A stretch of DNA of 64,000 bases from an uncultured Candidatus Saccharibacteria bacterium. GTDB lineage: Bacteria > Patescibacteriota > Minisyncoccia > Phycocordibacterales > UBA9973. Numbering within the stretch: the first letter of the stretch is position 1; every line of letters begins with the position of its first letter. Below are positions 31,433 through 41,198 of the stretch, piece after piece. The notes under the pieces were generated by a model. That model was not told the DNA's origin, did no database searches, and saw only the letters and a program-made list of their open reading frames with translations. The translations under genes and the position numbers were made by a program. The stretch lies in NCBI GenBank assembly GCA_964527185.1, contig CAZGOI010000002.1, positions 197,532 through 261,531 on the forward strand, in the 5' to 3' direction.

Positions 31433-31681
31433 ATGGTTACAGTAGTTGAAGTAAAGAAAAACACAAATGAAAGCAACATGAACTTGGTGCGCAGATTTCA
31501 GCGCAAGGTTCAAGAGCACGGTATGATACAGAAAGTCAAAGCAAAGCGTTACAACGAACGCCCGCTCTCAAAACTAAAAGTAAAACAGGCAACCCTAAAG
31601 CGAATTGCTCGCAGAAAAAATCAGGAGAGGTTGGTCAAGCTAGGCAAACTCGGTAGTGTCGGTGGCCGAATGAAAAGATAA
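31433..31681 (+). CDS. rpsU: 30S ribosomal protein S21
   Basis: 'VEVKKNTNESNMNLVRRFQRKVQEHGMIQKVKAKRYNERP' fits the S21 pattern (V.V..NE...ALRRFKR...YEKP); start taken at the internal M of ORF 31394. Confidence 0.6.
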   Translation: MVTVVEVKKNTNESNMNLVRRFQRKVQEHGMIQKVKAKRYNERPLSKLKVKQATLKRIARRKNQERLVKLGKLGSVGGRMKR

Positions 31682-32065
31682 ATGAATAGTGAAACCCTGA
31701 CAATCTTAAATGATACAAAAGGCAAGCTTCCACGCTTGCCTTTTGTATCGATCAAAGATAAAATTTTGGGGCAAAAATATGAGTTGTCGGTTGGTTTTTT
31801 ACCTTCAACTGGGCAGAAAAAATTAAATAGAATATATCGAGGCAAAAACTGTTCGACCAACGTTTTGTCTTTTTCCCTCTCAAAAAACTCGGGTCAAATT
31901 ACCTTCGACCCAAAGATTGTAAAGGCCGAGGCTCCAAAATTTTCAATGAGCTATTCAAAATTCCTAAAATACTTATTTATCCACGGCTGTCTTCATTTGA
32001 AAGGATTCGTTCATAGTAGTACAATGGACTTACAAGAGAAGAAATATCTCGAAATGTTTGGGTAG
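31682..32065 (+). CDS. ybeY: rRNA maturation endoribonuclease YbeY
   Basis: 'HGCLHLKGFVH' His-triad metal site. Confidence 0.8.
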   Translation: MNSETLTILNDTKGKLPRLPFVSIKDKILGQKYELSVGFLPSTGQKKLNRIYRGKNCSTNVLSFSLSKNSGQITFDPKIVKAEAPKFSMSYSKFLKYLFIHGCLHLKGFVHSSTMDLQEKKYLEMFG

Positions 32066-32082
32066 TTCTCTTTTTTAGACCG

Positions 32083-33258
32083 ATGGCAAGAAATAATTAC
32101 ACATGTGGCATAGATGTGGGTACGCACAATACACGCGTCGTAGTGCTTGGTTATAACAAGGATGATAAATTCCCTAATTTGATTGCGACAGGTCAGTCGA
32201 GCACCCAGGGTATGCGTTTGGGTTATATCACCAACGTCGAACAAGTTGCATCTTCTATCCGTGACGCACTTGGGCAAGCCGAAGCGATAGCTCGTTTTAA
32301 AATCAAGCGCGCTTATATTTCAATCGGTGGGATAAGTTTAAGTTCGATAACTTCAAGCGGTCAAGTTATCATCTCGCGAGCCGACCAAGAGATAACTCAA
32401 TTAGATATTTCAAAGGCATTGGCCGACTCTGAAGAAAATCTTGAAATATTAAATAAAAAAATAATACATATGATCCCAATCGGCTACAAATTAGACGGTA
32501 AAGATTTGCACGGTCGACCTGAAGGTATGAAGGGTGTGAAGCTTGAAATCAAAACTTTATTTGTCACTTGCCTTAAGCAAAATATTGAGGACTTGATCAC
32601 CGCCCTCGGGTACGCAGGAATCGAACCGCTCGATGTCATTGCATCGCCAATTGCAACCTCTTTTGTATTACTCAACCATAAACAAAAAACTGCTGGTTGC
32701 GCATTGATTGACATCGGGGCCGAGACGGTCTCGATCGCAGTCTTTGAAAACAATTTATTGATATCTCTCCAAGTTTTTTCTATCGGTAGTATGGACATCA
32801 CCAAAGATGTAGCACTTGGTTTCCGTATAGCGCTCGAGGAAGCAGAGAGTATTAAGCTTGGTTCGGTTATTGGTGGTGATTATCCAAAGAAAAAAGTCGA
32901 TGAGATCATCGAAGCCAGACTCTCTGATATTTTTGAACTGGTGAACAACCACTTGAAGCGTTTGCGACGCGATGAACTCCTGCCTGCTGGTGTTATTATC
33001 ACCGGCGGAGGTTCGCACGTCGGTCAGATAGAAGAACTTGCTCGCCGAGAACTCAAACTTCCATCTCGAGTCGGTCCTATCGATAGTACTTTGAATAATA
33101 AATTTAAAATTAGAGATTCTTCTTGGTACACAGCCTTTGGTCTAGCTATGTCAGCAAACAATAATTCTCTAAATAACACCATCGAGAACTCTATCGGTGA
33201 TAGTGCCAATCAAGTGAAGGGATTTTTCAAATCTTTACTCTCGCAACTGTTACCATAA
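32083..33258 (+). CDS. ftsA: cell division protein FtsA
   Basis: Actin-fold 'CGIDVGTHNTRVVVLGY', 'DIGAETVSIAVF'; directly upstream of ftsZ. Confidence 0.8.
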   Translation: MARNNYTCGIDVGTHNTRVVVLGYNKDDKFPNLIATGQSSTQGMRLGYITNVEQVASSIRDALGQAEAIARFKIKRAYISIGGISLSSITSSGQVIISRADQEITQLDISKALADSEENLEILNKKIIHMIPIGYKLDGKDLHGRPEGMKGVKLEIKTLFVTCLKQNIEDLITALGYAGIEPLDVIASPIATSFVLLNHKQKTAGCALIDIGAETVSIAVFENNLLISLQVFSIGSMDITKDVALGFRIALEEAESIKLGSVIGGDYPKKKVDEIIEARLSDIFELVNNHLKRLRRDELLPAGVIITGGGSHVGQIEELARRELKLPSRVGPIDSTLNNKFKIRDSSWYTAFGLAMSANNNSLNNTIENSIGDSANQVKGFFKSLLSQLLP

Positions 33259-33363
33259 AAAAATAATTTGTCAAATATCTAACCTCTAGCCTTTTTGGGC
33301 GTTTCTGCTATTATGTACGTACAAAATATTTATTAGTAACGGAAAGATTAAACCTTAAAATAT

Positions 33364-34530
33364 ATGGCTAAAATTAACCCAGAAATAGAATCTTTTGCCA
33401 GAATCAAGGTCATCGGTATTGGCGGTTCGGGCAAAAACGCTCTCAACCACATGATCAATTCGAAGGTTAAAGGTGTCGAGTTCATAGCTATGAACACCGA
33501 TACTCAAGACTTGCACAATTCAGAGGCAGAAAAAAAAGTTCATCTTGGTAAAAATCTCACCAAAGGTCTTGGTGCTGGTATGAACCCAGAGATCGGTAAG
33601 CGTGCTGCTGAAGAAACAAAAGCAGAAATTCAAGATGTTATAAAAGGTGCAGACATGGTTTTTATAGCTTGTGGTATGGGTGGTGGTACTGGTACTGGTG
33701 CTGCGCCAATCATTGCCCAAGCAGCTAAGGAACAAGGAATTCTGACAGTTGCAGTTGTAACAAAACCATTTTCATTCGAAGGCAATCAACGTATGCGACT
33801 AGCCGAAGAAGGCCTCGCTCTACTTGAACGCGAAGTCGATGCAATACTTGTGATACCAAATGATAGGTTGATAATAATTTCAGGAAAAGAAGTTGGCTTC
33901 AGAACTGCTTTCGCCCTTTGCGACGAAGTTTTGAAGCAGGCAGTCGAAGGTATATCTGAATTGATCACAACTCCAGGCATGATCAACCTCGATTTCGCAG
34001 ACATCAGAGCAGTCATGCACGATGCCGGCTCGGCCCTCATGGGTGTTGGTATTGCTGCCGGTGAAGGCCGCGCAGAAAAAGCCGCGCTCGACGCTATCAA
34101 TTCCCCATTGCTCGACCTTTCAATCTCTGGCGCCAAGGGAGTTTTGTTTGCAATCTCTGGCGGTGATGATTTGACAATCCACGAGATAAGCGAGGCGGCA
34201 AAAATAATCACCGAGTCTATCGATAAGGATGCAAAAGTAATATTTGGCACGATCCGCGATGAGAAATTAAAGAAGGGCGAAATGAAAGTGACCGTGATTG
34301 CCACTGGCTTCCCTACAGATATGCCCAAGCGCTCGCTCTTCCAAGCCGGAAGTAGAGTCGATGAACCGACAGTTGCAAATTCAACAAAAGAGGAAATTAT
34401 AGCTGCTGTAACAAAAGAAACTGGCAAAGAATATATAAAGAAAGCCGACAAAGAAAAAGCAAATGACCTATTCATTGACGATACCGATGATTGGAGTACG
34501 GTCCCAGCATTTCTACGACGTAAAAAGTAA
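33364..34530 (+). CDS. ftsZ: cell division protein FtsZ
   Basis: '[17 protein letters not shown]', tubulin signature '[13 protein letters not shown]', T7-loop 'NLDFAD'. Confidence 0.96.
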   Translation: MAKINPEIESFARIKVIGIGGSGKNALNHMINSKVKGVEFIAMNTDTQDLHNSEAEKKVHLGKNLTKGLGAGMNPEIGKRAAEETKAEIQDVIKGADMVFIACGMGGGTGTGAAPIIAQAAKEQGILTVAVVTKPFSFEGNQRMRLAEEGLALLEREVDAILVIPNDRLIIISGKEVGFRTAFALCDEVLKQAVEGISELITTPGMINLDFADIRAVMHDAGSALMGVGIAAGEGRAEKAALDAINSPLLDLSISGAKGVLFAISGGDDLTIHEISEAAKIITESIDKDAKVIFGTIRDEKLKKGEMKVTVIATGFPTDMPKRSLFQAGSRVDEPTVANSTKEEIIAAVTKETGKEYIKKADKEKANDLFIDDTDDWSTVPAFLRRKK

Positions 34531-34535
34531 AATTA

Positions 34536-34566
34536 AAATTCCCCAAGTTTGGGGAATTTTAATTTA
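34536..34566 (+). terminator. rho-independent terminator after ftsZ
   Basis: 'AAAATTCCCCA-AGTT-TGGGGAATTTT' hairpin followed by an A/T-rich tail. Confidence 0.6.
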
Positions 34567-34583
34567 TGTTATAGAATAGCCCT

Positions 34584-35510
34584 ATGTACGATTTGATTAT
34601 CATCGGCGGTGGGCCGGCTGGAGCAGCCGGGGCAGTCTATGCCGCCAGAAAACAATTGAAGACATTGGTTATAACCCAAGACTTTGGTGGCCAGTCGAGC
34701 GTTTCTACTCTCATATACAACTGGATCGGCACACCAGAGGTTTCTGGCGTGGACTTGGCTGAAAATCTAAAAAAGCATATTCTCTATTACAAAGGGCCGT
34801 ATCTTGATGTTATGTATGGTGAGAAAGTTGTGATGGTAAAGAAAGAAAATGAAGTTATAAATGTTACAGCTGAATCTGGAAAAAATTATATGGCAAAAAG
34901 CCTGCTCGTCGCAGCTGGTTCCGGTCGCAGAAAACTCGAAGCAATAAATGCAGACGTCTTTGAACAAAAAGGTATCACCTATTGCGCTTCTTGCGATGGG
35001 CCACTATTTGCCGATCAAGATGTAGTCGTAGTCGGTGGTGGTAACGCTGGGTTTGATACTGCCGCCCAGTTGCTCGCCTATTGCAAAAGCGTAACGATGA
35101 TCCACCGCAGTGACACTTTCAAAGCCGATGAAATTACTGTTAAAAAAGTTTTAGACAATCCAAAATTTAAAGTTATAAAAAATGCAGAGATTCTGCGTGT
35201 CGACGGCGACCAATTCGTGGCTTCGATAACCTACAAAGACAAAAATAGCGACAAAGAAGAAAAAATAGAAACGACTGGCATATTTGTCGAGATCGGTCAA
35301 CTGCCAAACACCGATTTTATGAAAGACGTCGTCAAGCTCGACCAATTCAATAAAATTATTGTCGACCCGATGACAGGGCAAGCAAGCGAGGCAGGGATCT
35401 GGGCAGCTGGAGATTGCTCAAATGGTAAGTACCATCAAAACAATATCGCCGCTGGCGATGCCGTCAAAGCACTGGAGGATATTTACATCTGGCTACACAA
35501 AAATAAATAA
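34584..35510 (+). CDS. trxB: thioredoxin reductase
   Basis: FAD motif 'DLIIIGGGPAGAAGAVYAAR', redox 'CASCDG', NADPH motif 'VVVVGGGNAGFD'. Confidence 0.88.
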   Translation: MYDLIIIGGGPAGAAGAVYAARKQLKTLVITQDFGGQSSVSTLIYNWIGTPEVSGVDLAENLKKHILYYKGPYLDVMYGEKVVMVKKENEVINVTAESGKNYMAKSLLVAAGSGRRKLEAINADVFEQKGITYCASCDGPLFADQDVVVVGGGNAGFDTAAQLLAYCKSVTMIHRSDTFKADEITVKKVLDNPKFKVIKNAEILRVDGDQFVASITYKDKNSDKEEKIETTGIFVEIGQLPNTDFMKDVVKLDQFNKIIVDPMTGQASEAGIWAAGDCSNGKYHQNNIAAGDAVKALEDIYIWLHKNK

Positions 35511-36278
35511 TTATTTTAGCAGATTTTCGAGTATCTCGAGTTCGGCTTTTGAGTTTGGCTGAAAGGCCTCAAGGGTATTTTCTATAGGAACCCCGATTAC
35601 ATTTTTGCCTTGTTTAAAAGCATGACCTATGAGGTCGGTTAGATAGTATTCGCCTTGGGTGTTTTCGTTTTTTAAGCTATCTATATTTTGCCAGAGCCAA
35701 TCAGAATCGAAAACATAGAGCGCGGGGTTAACTTCGGTAATTTTTTTTTCATTTTCATTTGCATCTTTGAATTCTACATTTCGAACAACATTATTATTCT
35801 CGTCTCTAATAATTCTACCAAAATTAACGAGCCCAACCCTCCAATCAGAAAAATCTGGTAATAAAACTGTACCTATTGTTATTGTTGGTCTACTCTGATT
35901 GTGGACATTGATTATCTTTTCTATAGTGTCCTTTGAGACAAGTGGCTGATCTGTTGACAAAACCATTATAGTTTTGTGATTACCAGATAGTGAATTTTTT
36001 GCTGATAAAACAGCGTGGCCAGTACCGAGTTGCTCTACTTGGTGAGCGTAATTGTGGTCATCACCCAGTACTTCGAAAATTCTTTCTTTTTTATGACCAA
36101 CAACTATCACGGGCTTGGTTGGAAGATTGAGAGTCGAAAGTGTATCGAGTATATGTTTCAAAAATGGCTTACCCCTAAGCATAGCAAGGGCTTTGGGTTC
36201 ATCAGATCCCATTCTTTTCCCCTTCCCAGCCGCCAGTATTATGATCTGTGTATTTTCCATACCAAAATATATTAGCAA
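35511..36278 (-). CDS. sugar-phosphate nucleotidyltransferase (GlmU N-domain-like)
   Basis: '[19 protein letters not shown]' nucleotidyltransferase signature. Confidence 0.65.
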   Translation of the reverse strand: MLIYFGMENTQIIILAAGKGKRMGSDEPKALAMLRGKPFLKHILDTLSTLNLPTKPVIVVGHKKERIFEVLGDDHNYAHQVEQLGTGHAVLSAKNSLSGNHKTIMVLSTDQPLVSKDTIEKIINVHNQSRPTITIGTVLLPDFSDWRVGLVNFGRIIRDENNNVVRNVEFKDANENEKKITEVNPALYVFDSDWLWQNIDSLKNENTQGEYYLTDLIGHAFKQGKNVIGVPIENTLEAFQPNSKAELEILENLLK

Positions 36279-36342
36279 AATAAAAACTATTTACAATATT
36301 AAAAGTCCTAGACTGCGCGAGGCAACCTAAGACTTTAAAAAA

Positions 36343-37026
36343 TTAGAATGCAATTCCGAGCGAGAGGGATGGGAGTACACTATTCCCGAAATCATAAATA
36401 TAGATTGGGTCTTTACCTACTTTGTTGTTGTAGGTTATACCCAAAGCGCTGGTCAAAAATATATTTTTCCAACTTTTTGGCCGGTATAAAACCCGAGCTT
36501 GTACATTGAATTGGTCTTGATATAACAATATTTCATTACTATTTAGGAAGTTTTTTTCTTTACTTTCCCTTGCAAAGATATCTATGCCTAACTCGAAATT
36601 TTGGTTTATAACCCGCATCAATTCTCCGTAGACAAGATATATAGACTTGTCTTCTTTATTTAAAGAGCGCAGGTGTTTGAAATAAAGATACGATTTGACG
36701 CCGCTTATTTCCCCACTTACAAAGAGCAAAGAATAAGAGTAGTAAAATCTGCCTCGCTCTTCAAATGCTACCCCGGGCATGACAGCCAATCTGGCCATGT
36801 CTTCATATTTTTTTGATACTATTGGCCCAGCCGAGAAGCTGTATATGCCGTCTTCGTCGAACCGTAGCCGTAGGTCGGATGCGAGGGTCGTGGTAAAAAA
36901 ATTCGCGAAACCATAGCCATTTTTTTGTTTTGAAGTTTTGCCTTCGGCCATTCCGCTAAAATTTTCCTGGCTTATGGCTAGATTGAGCCACAAGAGGTGT
37001 ATCAGAGAGAGGGTAAATTTTTTCAT
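36343..37026 (-). CDS. hypothetical secreted protein with signal peptide
   Basis: N-terminal 'MKKFTLSLIHLLWLNLAISQ' signal; alternating beta-like pattern; C-terminal '...LGIAF'. Confidence 0.35.
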   Translation of the reverse strand: MKKFTLSLIHLLWLNLAISQENFSGMAEGKTSKQKNGYGFANFFTTTLASDLRLRFDEDGIYSFSAGPIVSKKYEDMARLAVMPGVAFEERGRFYYSYSLLFVSGEISGVKSYLYFKHLRSLNKEDKSIYLVYGELMRVINQNFELGIDIFARESKEKNFLNSNEILLYQDQFNVQARVLYRPKSWKNIFLTSALGITYNNKVGKDPIYIYDFGNSVLPSLSLGIAF

Positions 37027-37130
37027 AATGTAAAGTTTTTATTTCTCTAAATTATGAACTTTGTGCAAGTATTGTCAATAGAAATCTTTTTGTGTTTTCG
37101 GTTAAAAATGTTATACTCGTTTCCACTATT

Positions 37131-37191
37131 GGCCCTATCGTCCCCGCCAGCCCTCCCGTCGGTCGGGAGCGGGCTGGTAACGGTTAGGACA
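37131..37191 (+). other. duplicated 5' half of tRNA-Glu (acceptor 5' strand plus D-arm) interrupted by a 35-nt GC-rich hairpin
   Basis: GGCCCTATCGTC (37131-37142) and TAACGGTTAGGACA (37178-37191) are identical to positions 1-26 of the tRNA-Glu at 37438; the insert CCCGCCAGCCCTCCCGTCGGTCGGGAGCGGGCTGG is self-complementary. Confidence 0.6.
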
Positions 37192-37204
37192 AGCAAATTT
37201 ATTT

Positions 37205-37459
37205 ATGTACTTCGTCTATGTTTTAAAAAGTAAAAAGGATCAAAGACTTTACTATGGTTCTACAGACAATCTTGAAAGAAGACTAGGAGAGCATAATAAA
37301 GGTAGAGTTAGGTCAACTAAATCAAGAATTCCTTTTGAATTGGAATATTTTGAGAAAGTTGATAGTATAATAGATGCGCGGAAGAAAGAAAGATATTTTA
37401 AAACAGGTTTTGGTAGGAAATACATAAAAAATAAACTGGCCCTATCGTCTAACGGTTAG
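37205..37459 (+). CDS. small GIY-YIG nuclease-domain protein
   Basis: 'YFVYVLKSKKDQRLYYGSTDNLERRLGEHNKG' gives the GIY...YIG...R...E...N motifs; 84 aa; the 3' end overlaps tRNA-Glu. Confidence 0.8.
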   Translation: MYFVYVLKSKKDQRLYYGSTDNLERRLGEHNKGRVRSTKSRIPFELEYFEKVDSIIDARKKERYFKTGFGRKYIKNKLALSSNG

Positions 37460-37509
37460 GACATCGGCTTTTCAAGCCGGTAATCCGGGTTCGATTCCCG
37501 GTAGGGTCA
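37438..37509 (+). tRNA. tRNA-Glu (anticodon TTC)
   Basis: Hand fold: acceptor GGCCCTA/TAGGGTC, anticodon stem TCGGC/GCCGG with loop TTTTCAA, T-arm CCGGG-TTCGATT-CCCGG. Confidence 0.85.
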
Positions 37510-37669
37510 CAAAAAGAAAAATCCAGTATCACTACTGGCATAATTATTATTTTTTTCATGTTATACACTATTTAAGATAATTTGTCAAGAGATATAATCA
37601 ATTATTGTTAAGTGGGTTTGATATGTTTTCTCGTAAAAAATTTGGGCAAATGCTAAAATAAACCCACAA

Positions 37670-38341
37670 ATGAAATCTCCTATATTATTTCATACCTCTT
37701 ATAATCCCAAACAAGAAGCAATCGAATATCTAGCTATGGTTTTGAAAGAAAATTTAACTGCTGGAAAAAAGGTTTTATGGTTTGTGCCTGGTGGCTCTGG
37801 GGTTAAGGTCGCATCCGAAGTTTCCGTCTTGCTTGATGACATGCCGTGTCAAAACCTCTCGATTGCTCTTACCGATGAGCGGTATGGGGAAATTGGTCAT
37901 AAAGATTCAAATTGGTTAAAATTAGAGCAAGCTGGTTTTAAAATTAAGAATGCAAAGCTCTACCCTACTCTTTACGGTAAAGACGTAGGCGAGACGATCA
38001 AAGATTTTAATTTTTGTGTAGAAAAAATTTTGGGCGAGTCTGACTTTACCATCGGTCTCTTTGGAATTGGCGCCGATGGTCACACCGCCGGTATAATGCC
38101 ACAAAGCGTTGTGGTTAATTCAACTGATTTTGTTTCTGGTTATCAAGCTAAAGATTATCTCCGGGTTACCATAACGCCAAAAGCTATCGCAGAGATTGAT
38201 GAAGCAGTACTGTACGCAGACGATAAGGCAAAAATAAAAGCATTAAAAGATCTAGAGAGCGATATCCCCTACGAAATAGAGCCAGCTCAAGCATTAAAAC
38301 AAGCAGGGGGGCTTATTATTTTTAATAAGAAATATAGATAA
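37670..38341 (+). CDS. pgl: 6-phosphogluconolactonase
   Basis: 'LFGIGADGHTAGIMP' motif of the Pgl/NagB family. Confidence 0.75.
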   Translation: MKSPILFHTSYNPKQEAIEYLAMVLKENLTAGKKVLWFVPGGSGVKVASEVSVLLDDMPCQNLSIALTDERYGEIGHKDSNWLKLEQAGFKIKNAKLYPTLYGKDVGETIKDFNFCVEKILGESDFTIGLFGIGADGHTAGIMPQSVVVNSTDFVSGYQAKDYLRVTITPKAIAEIDEAVLYADDKAKIKALKDLESDIPYEIEPAQALKQAGGLIIFNKKYR

Positions 38342-39562
38342 ATGAAAAAATCTACAACCCTTATCATCTTTGGCATAACCGGCGACTTGGCGACGCGCAA
38401 ACTCCTGCCAGCCATAAACGAAATTTTGAAAAAAGAAATTTTGCCAGAGCATTTCAAGATCGTCGGCATTAGCCGAAAGAAGAACGTAGATGTCGGTAAA
38501 CTATTGCGAAATATTGAGGACCAAGAAAAAATACGCGAACATCTTTCTATATTTTCAATTTCTTCAGAAGAAGACAGCGAGTATGACCGCCTCGATAAAT
38601 ATTTGACCGAAATCGAATCAAACAACGCAGAGGGTCTGCAACGGCTCTTTTACCTAGCAGTTCCACCCCAAGCGTTGCTAGAGATTGTTAGCAAACTCGG
38701 CTTTTCTGGCATTTCAAAAAAAGTCGAGACCAAGATAATGCTCGAAAAGCCTTTTGGTGTTGATTTAGAATCTGCCAGAGGGCTTTCAAAAGAGATTGGT
38801 ACATATTTCAAAGAAAGCCAAGTCTATCGCATAGATCACTACCTGGCCAAAGAAATGGCGCAAAATATTATCGTATTTCGAAACGACAATTCCCTATTCA
38901 AACATACTTGGAATAATAATTTTATTGAAAAAATCGAAATCATCGCAAGCGAAACTATCGGTATCGAGGGCCGGACAAAATTCTATGAAGAAACAGGTGC
39001 ATTTCGCGACCTGATTGTGAGCCACTTATTCGAGTTTGTAGCTATTACTCTCATGGATATCAGAGATGAAGAATCAAATATGCAAAAAATGAGGCTCGGA
39101 GCCCTGAAAAATCTACACCTTAAATCGGCCGGAAACATTTATGAAGTTGTCAAAAGGGGTCAATACAGAAAATATAGAGATGAGGTAGGCAATAGTGAAA
39201 GCACAACCGAGACATATGTAAACTTAAGTCTAGAATCGAGCGATAAAAGATGGCAAGGTGTACCGATAAGGCTTGTTACTGGTAAGTGTCTGAAGGAGAA
39301 AATAACACAAATTAAAATTTATAAAAAAGATAAAACTGCCGAACCCAGTGAAATAATTTTTGACTATTTAAAATCTGGTGGAGATGCAAATGAAGATTAT
39401 AAACGGATATTGCACGATGCGATAAATGATAATCATGATTTATTTATTTCAAATGACGAGGTAGTTGAATCTTGGCGGATTGTCGCGCCAATTCAAGAGG
39501 CTTGGAAGAAATCAAGTGACGATCTATTTATCTACGAAGAAGGAAGTGATTATAATCTATAA
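38342..39562 (+). CDS. zwf: glucose-6-phosphate dehydrogenase (short form)
   Basis: NADP site 'IIFGITGDLATRKLLPAI'; active-site 'RIDHYLAKE'; 1-nt gap from pgl. Confidence 0.85.
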   Translation: MKKSTTLIIFGITGDLATRKLLPAINEILKKEILPEHFKIVGISRKKNVDVGKLLRNIEDQEKIREHLSIFSISSEEDSEYDRLDKYLTEIESNNAEGLQRLFYLAVPPQALLEIVSKLGFSGISKKVETKIMLEKPFGVDLESARGLSKEIGTYFKESQVYRIDHYLAKEMAQNIIVFRNDNSLFKHTWNNNFIEKIEIIASETIGIEGRTKFYEETGAFRDLIVSHLFEFVAITLMDIRDEESNMQKMRLGALKNLHLKSAGNIYEVVKRGQYRKYRDEVGNSESTTETYVNLSLESSDKRWQGVPIRLVTGKCLKEKITQIKIYKKDKTAEPSEIIFDYLKSGGDANEDYKRILHDAINDNHDLFISNDEVVESWRIVAPIQEAWKKSSDDLFIYEEGSDYNL

Positions 39563-39818
39563 AAAAGTCCTCCTGTGGAAACAGGAGGGCTCGGTTAATA
39601 TTTTGAGGATGAGTTCCCCAAAACAACAAAAACCACCACATATATAAAGAACTTTATTTGTGGGCACGCACCCGTTTTAGCCAACCTGTTTTAGATGCGT
39701 ACCCTTTTACCAAAACCAACTGGTGAGATATTACAATGTTTATCAAAAATATGCAAGGTTTAAATTGTTGATAATATAAAATAAATTCTATATAATACCG
39801 CAGACAAGGCACTTTTAG

Positions 39819-39905
39819 GGAAGCGTGGCTGAGTGGTTGAAGGCACCGCTCTCGAAAAGCGGCAGGGGCGAAAGTCTCTCGTGAGTTCAAATCTCACCGC
39901 TTCCG
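39819..39905 (+). tRNA. tRNA-Ser (anticodon CGA) with a long variable arm
   Basis: Acceptor GGAAGCG/CGCTTCC, D-loop GAGTGGTTGAA, anticodon stem CCGCT/AGCGG with loop CTCGAAA, long variable arm, T-arm GTGAG-TTCAAAT-CTCAC. Confidence 0.8.
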
Positions 39906-39907
39906 CA

Positions 39908-40001
39908 AGTAATGTAAACATTACGAGGACAGATTTGAAGGTCGGAGCGCGGCGGCGAGAGACGGGGTCGCGAAATTTTTCAGAAGAAAAATATTTGTGA
40001 A
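39908..40001 (+). repeat. conserved structured about 100-nt element, copy 1, flanked by 20-nt direct repeats of the tRNA-Ser 3' end
   Basis: CAAATCTCACCGCTTCCGCA occurs at 39888-39907 and 40002-40021. The insert has a perfect 6-bp hairpin GTAATG-TAAA-CATTAC and the core GGGGTCGCGAAATTTTTCAGAAGAAAAATATTTGTGA, which is shared with copy 2 at 57461. Confidence 0.5.
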
Positions 40002-40027
40002 CAAATCTCACCGCTTCCGCAGATTAT

Positions 40028-40100
40028 GCGCGGTTAGCTCAGTTGGTAGAGCGTCCCCTTGACGTGGGGAAGGCCACAGGTTCGAATCCTGTATCGCGCA
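40028..40100 (+). tRNA. tRNA-Val (anticodon GAC)
   Basis: Acceptor GCGCGGT/ATCGCGC, D-arm GCTC-AGTTGGTA-GAGC, anticodon stem GTCCC/GGGGA? with loop CTTGACG, T-arm CAGG-TTCGAAT-CCTG. Confidence 0.8.
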
Positions 40101-40286
40101 CAAAATAGCTTTATATTTCAAGCCTATTTGGCTTGACTTTTTGTTATATTTGTGATATGATTGAACCAGAAAATTGTACTTTGAAAGTAGTTGTTTTATG
40201 TTTGCTTTGAGGACAACTCTCGCCTTCCCTACCAAGGTTAGACTTGTTCTCAAAGTAAACAAATTTTTTTTAAAAAATAAAACAAC

Positions 40287-41198
40287 ATGAATATGCAAAA
40301 CACATCACAATCGGGTGATATAAAAATGCCCAAAACAAAAACGCCTCTGGGTGTTCGACTTTTACTCTTATTGATTATTACTATCTTGTATTTTGGTATG
40401 TTTATCTTTGTTGACTGGGTGATCTGTCTTATTGTAGTCTCTGTAATATTAGCTGCTACAAACACGCTGTATTCAGTGACTACACCGGCATATCATTGTG
40501 CAATTGTATTAAACGTTTTAACCCGTGAAAAAAGAGTTGTTTATGAAGGATTCAGTCTTTTACTGCCATGGGAAAAATTACACAAGGTTATTGATCTTCG
40601 TTTTGAGCTTGCAAAAGAATGTATGAAAGAATTTCCTACTCTTGATGCGAAAATGATTGCGGAATATATTTTCACAATTCGTCCCTGCATTTCAATCGGA
40701 AATCCTGATGAAAACATTTTGCGATTTGCAAGTTATGAACCGACTGTTATTCAGAAAGGGAGTGAAGGATTCTACAGCCAAAAATTTTCCGACTATTATG
40801 GGAAAAATAGTGCAAAAGACCTTATAGACAAGGAAGCAATATGCAATTCATTATTCGGAGATGATGGCACAGCAAAAGCTGAAGAGGATATTATAAAAGC
40901 TAGATATGGTATTGAATCAGCTGTAAGATTAGTGAGCTCTAAATGGGATCAAGAAACCCAGAAGTTCAGAGATCTAATATCCGGTGCTAAATCTTTTGAT
41001 GAAGCCATTGGAATCCTGATGGGTAAAGATGGTAAAAAGATGTCGAAAGATCAGGCAATAAGAGTAGCAAAATTGATGAATTTCCCTGAAAATGTGAGGG
41101 AAGATATGTATGACGTAAAAATCGATGGCCTGAGCAACTTACGACACCTTAATGTCGTGGGTGGACTAGGTAATAAAAAACAAGGAGGTATGAAATGA
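40287..41198 (+). CDS. hypothetical membrane protein (two N-terminal TM; possible SPFH/band-7-like ectodomain)
   Basis: TM helices at residues about 20-60; weak resemblance of 'IVLNVLTREKRVVYEGFSLLLPWEKLHKVIDLR' to the start of the SPFH domain. Confidence 0.3.
   Translation: MNMQNTSQSGDIKMPKTKTPLGVRLLLLLIITILYFGMFIFVDWVICLIVVSVILAATNTLYSVTTPAYHCAIVLNVLTREKRVVYEGFSLLLPWEKLHKVIDLRFELAKECMKEFPTLDAKMIAEYIFTIRPCISIGNPDENILRFASYEPTVIQKGSEGFYSQKFSDYYGKNSAKDLIDKEAICNSLFGDDGTAKAEEDIIKARYGIESAVRLVSSKWDQETQKFRDLISGAKSFDEAIGILMGKDGKKMSKDQAIRVAKLMNFPENVREDMYDVKIDGLSNLRHLNVVGGLGNKKQGGMK

Noticed and set aside
37131-37460. Group I or group II intron in tRNA-Glu
   Set aside because: The insert is outside the anticodon loop and only about 300 bp, which is too small for a ribozyme plus ORF. 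It reads better as a duplication flanking a GIY-YIG gene.
39654-40298. Minus-strand ORFs 39654-39890, 39760-40011 and 40008-40298
   Set aside because: They run antisense across tRNA-Ser, the structured repeat and tRNA-Val, so they are not credible coding sequence.
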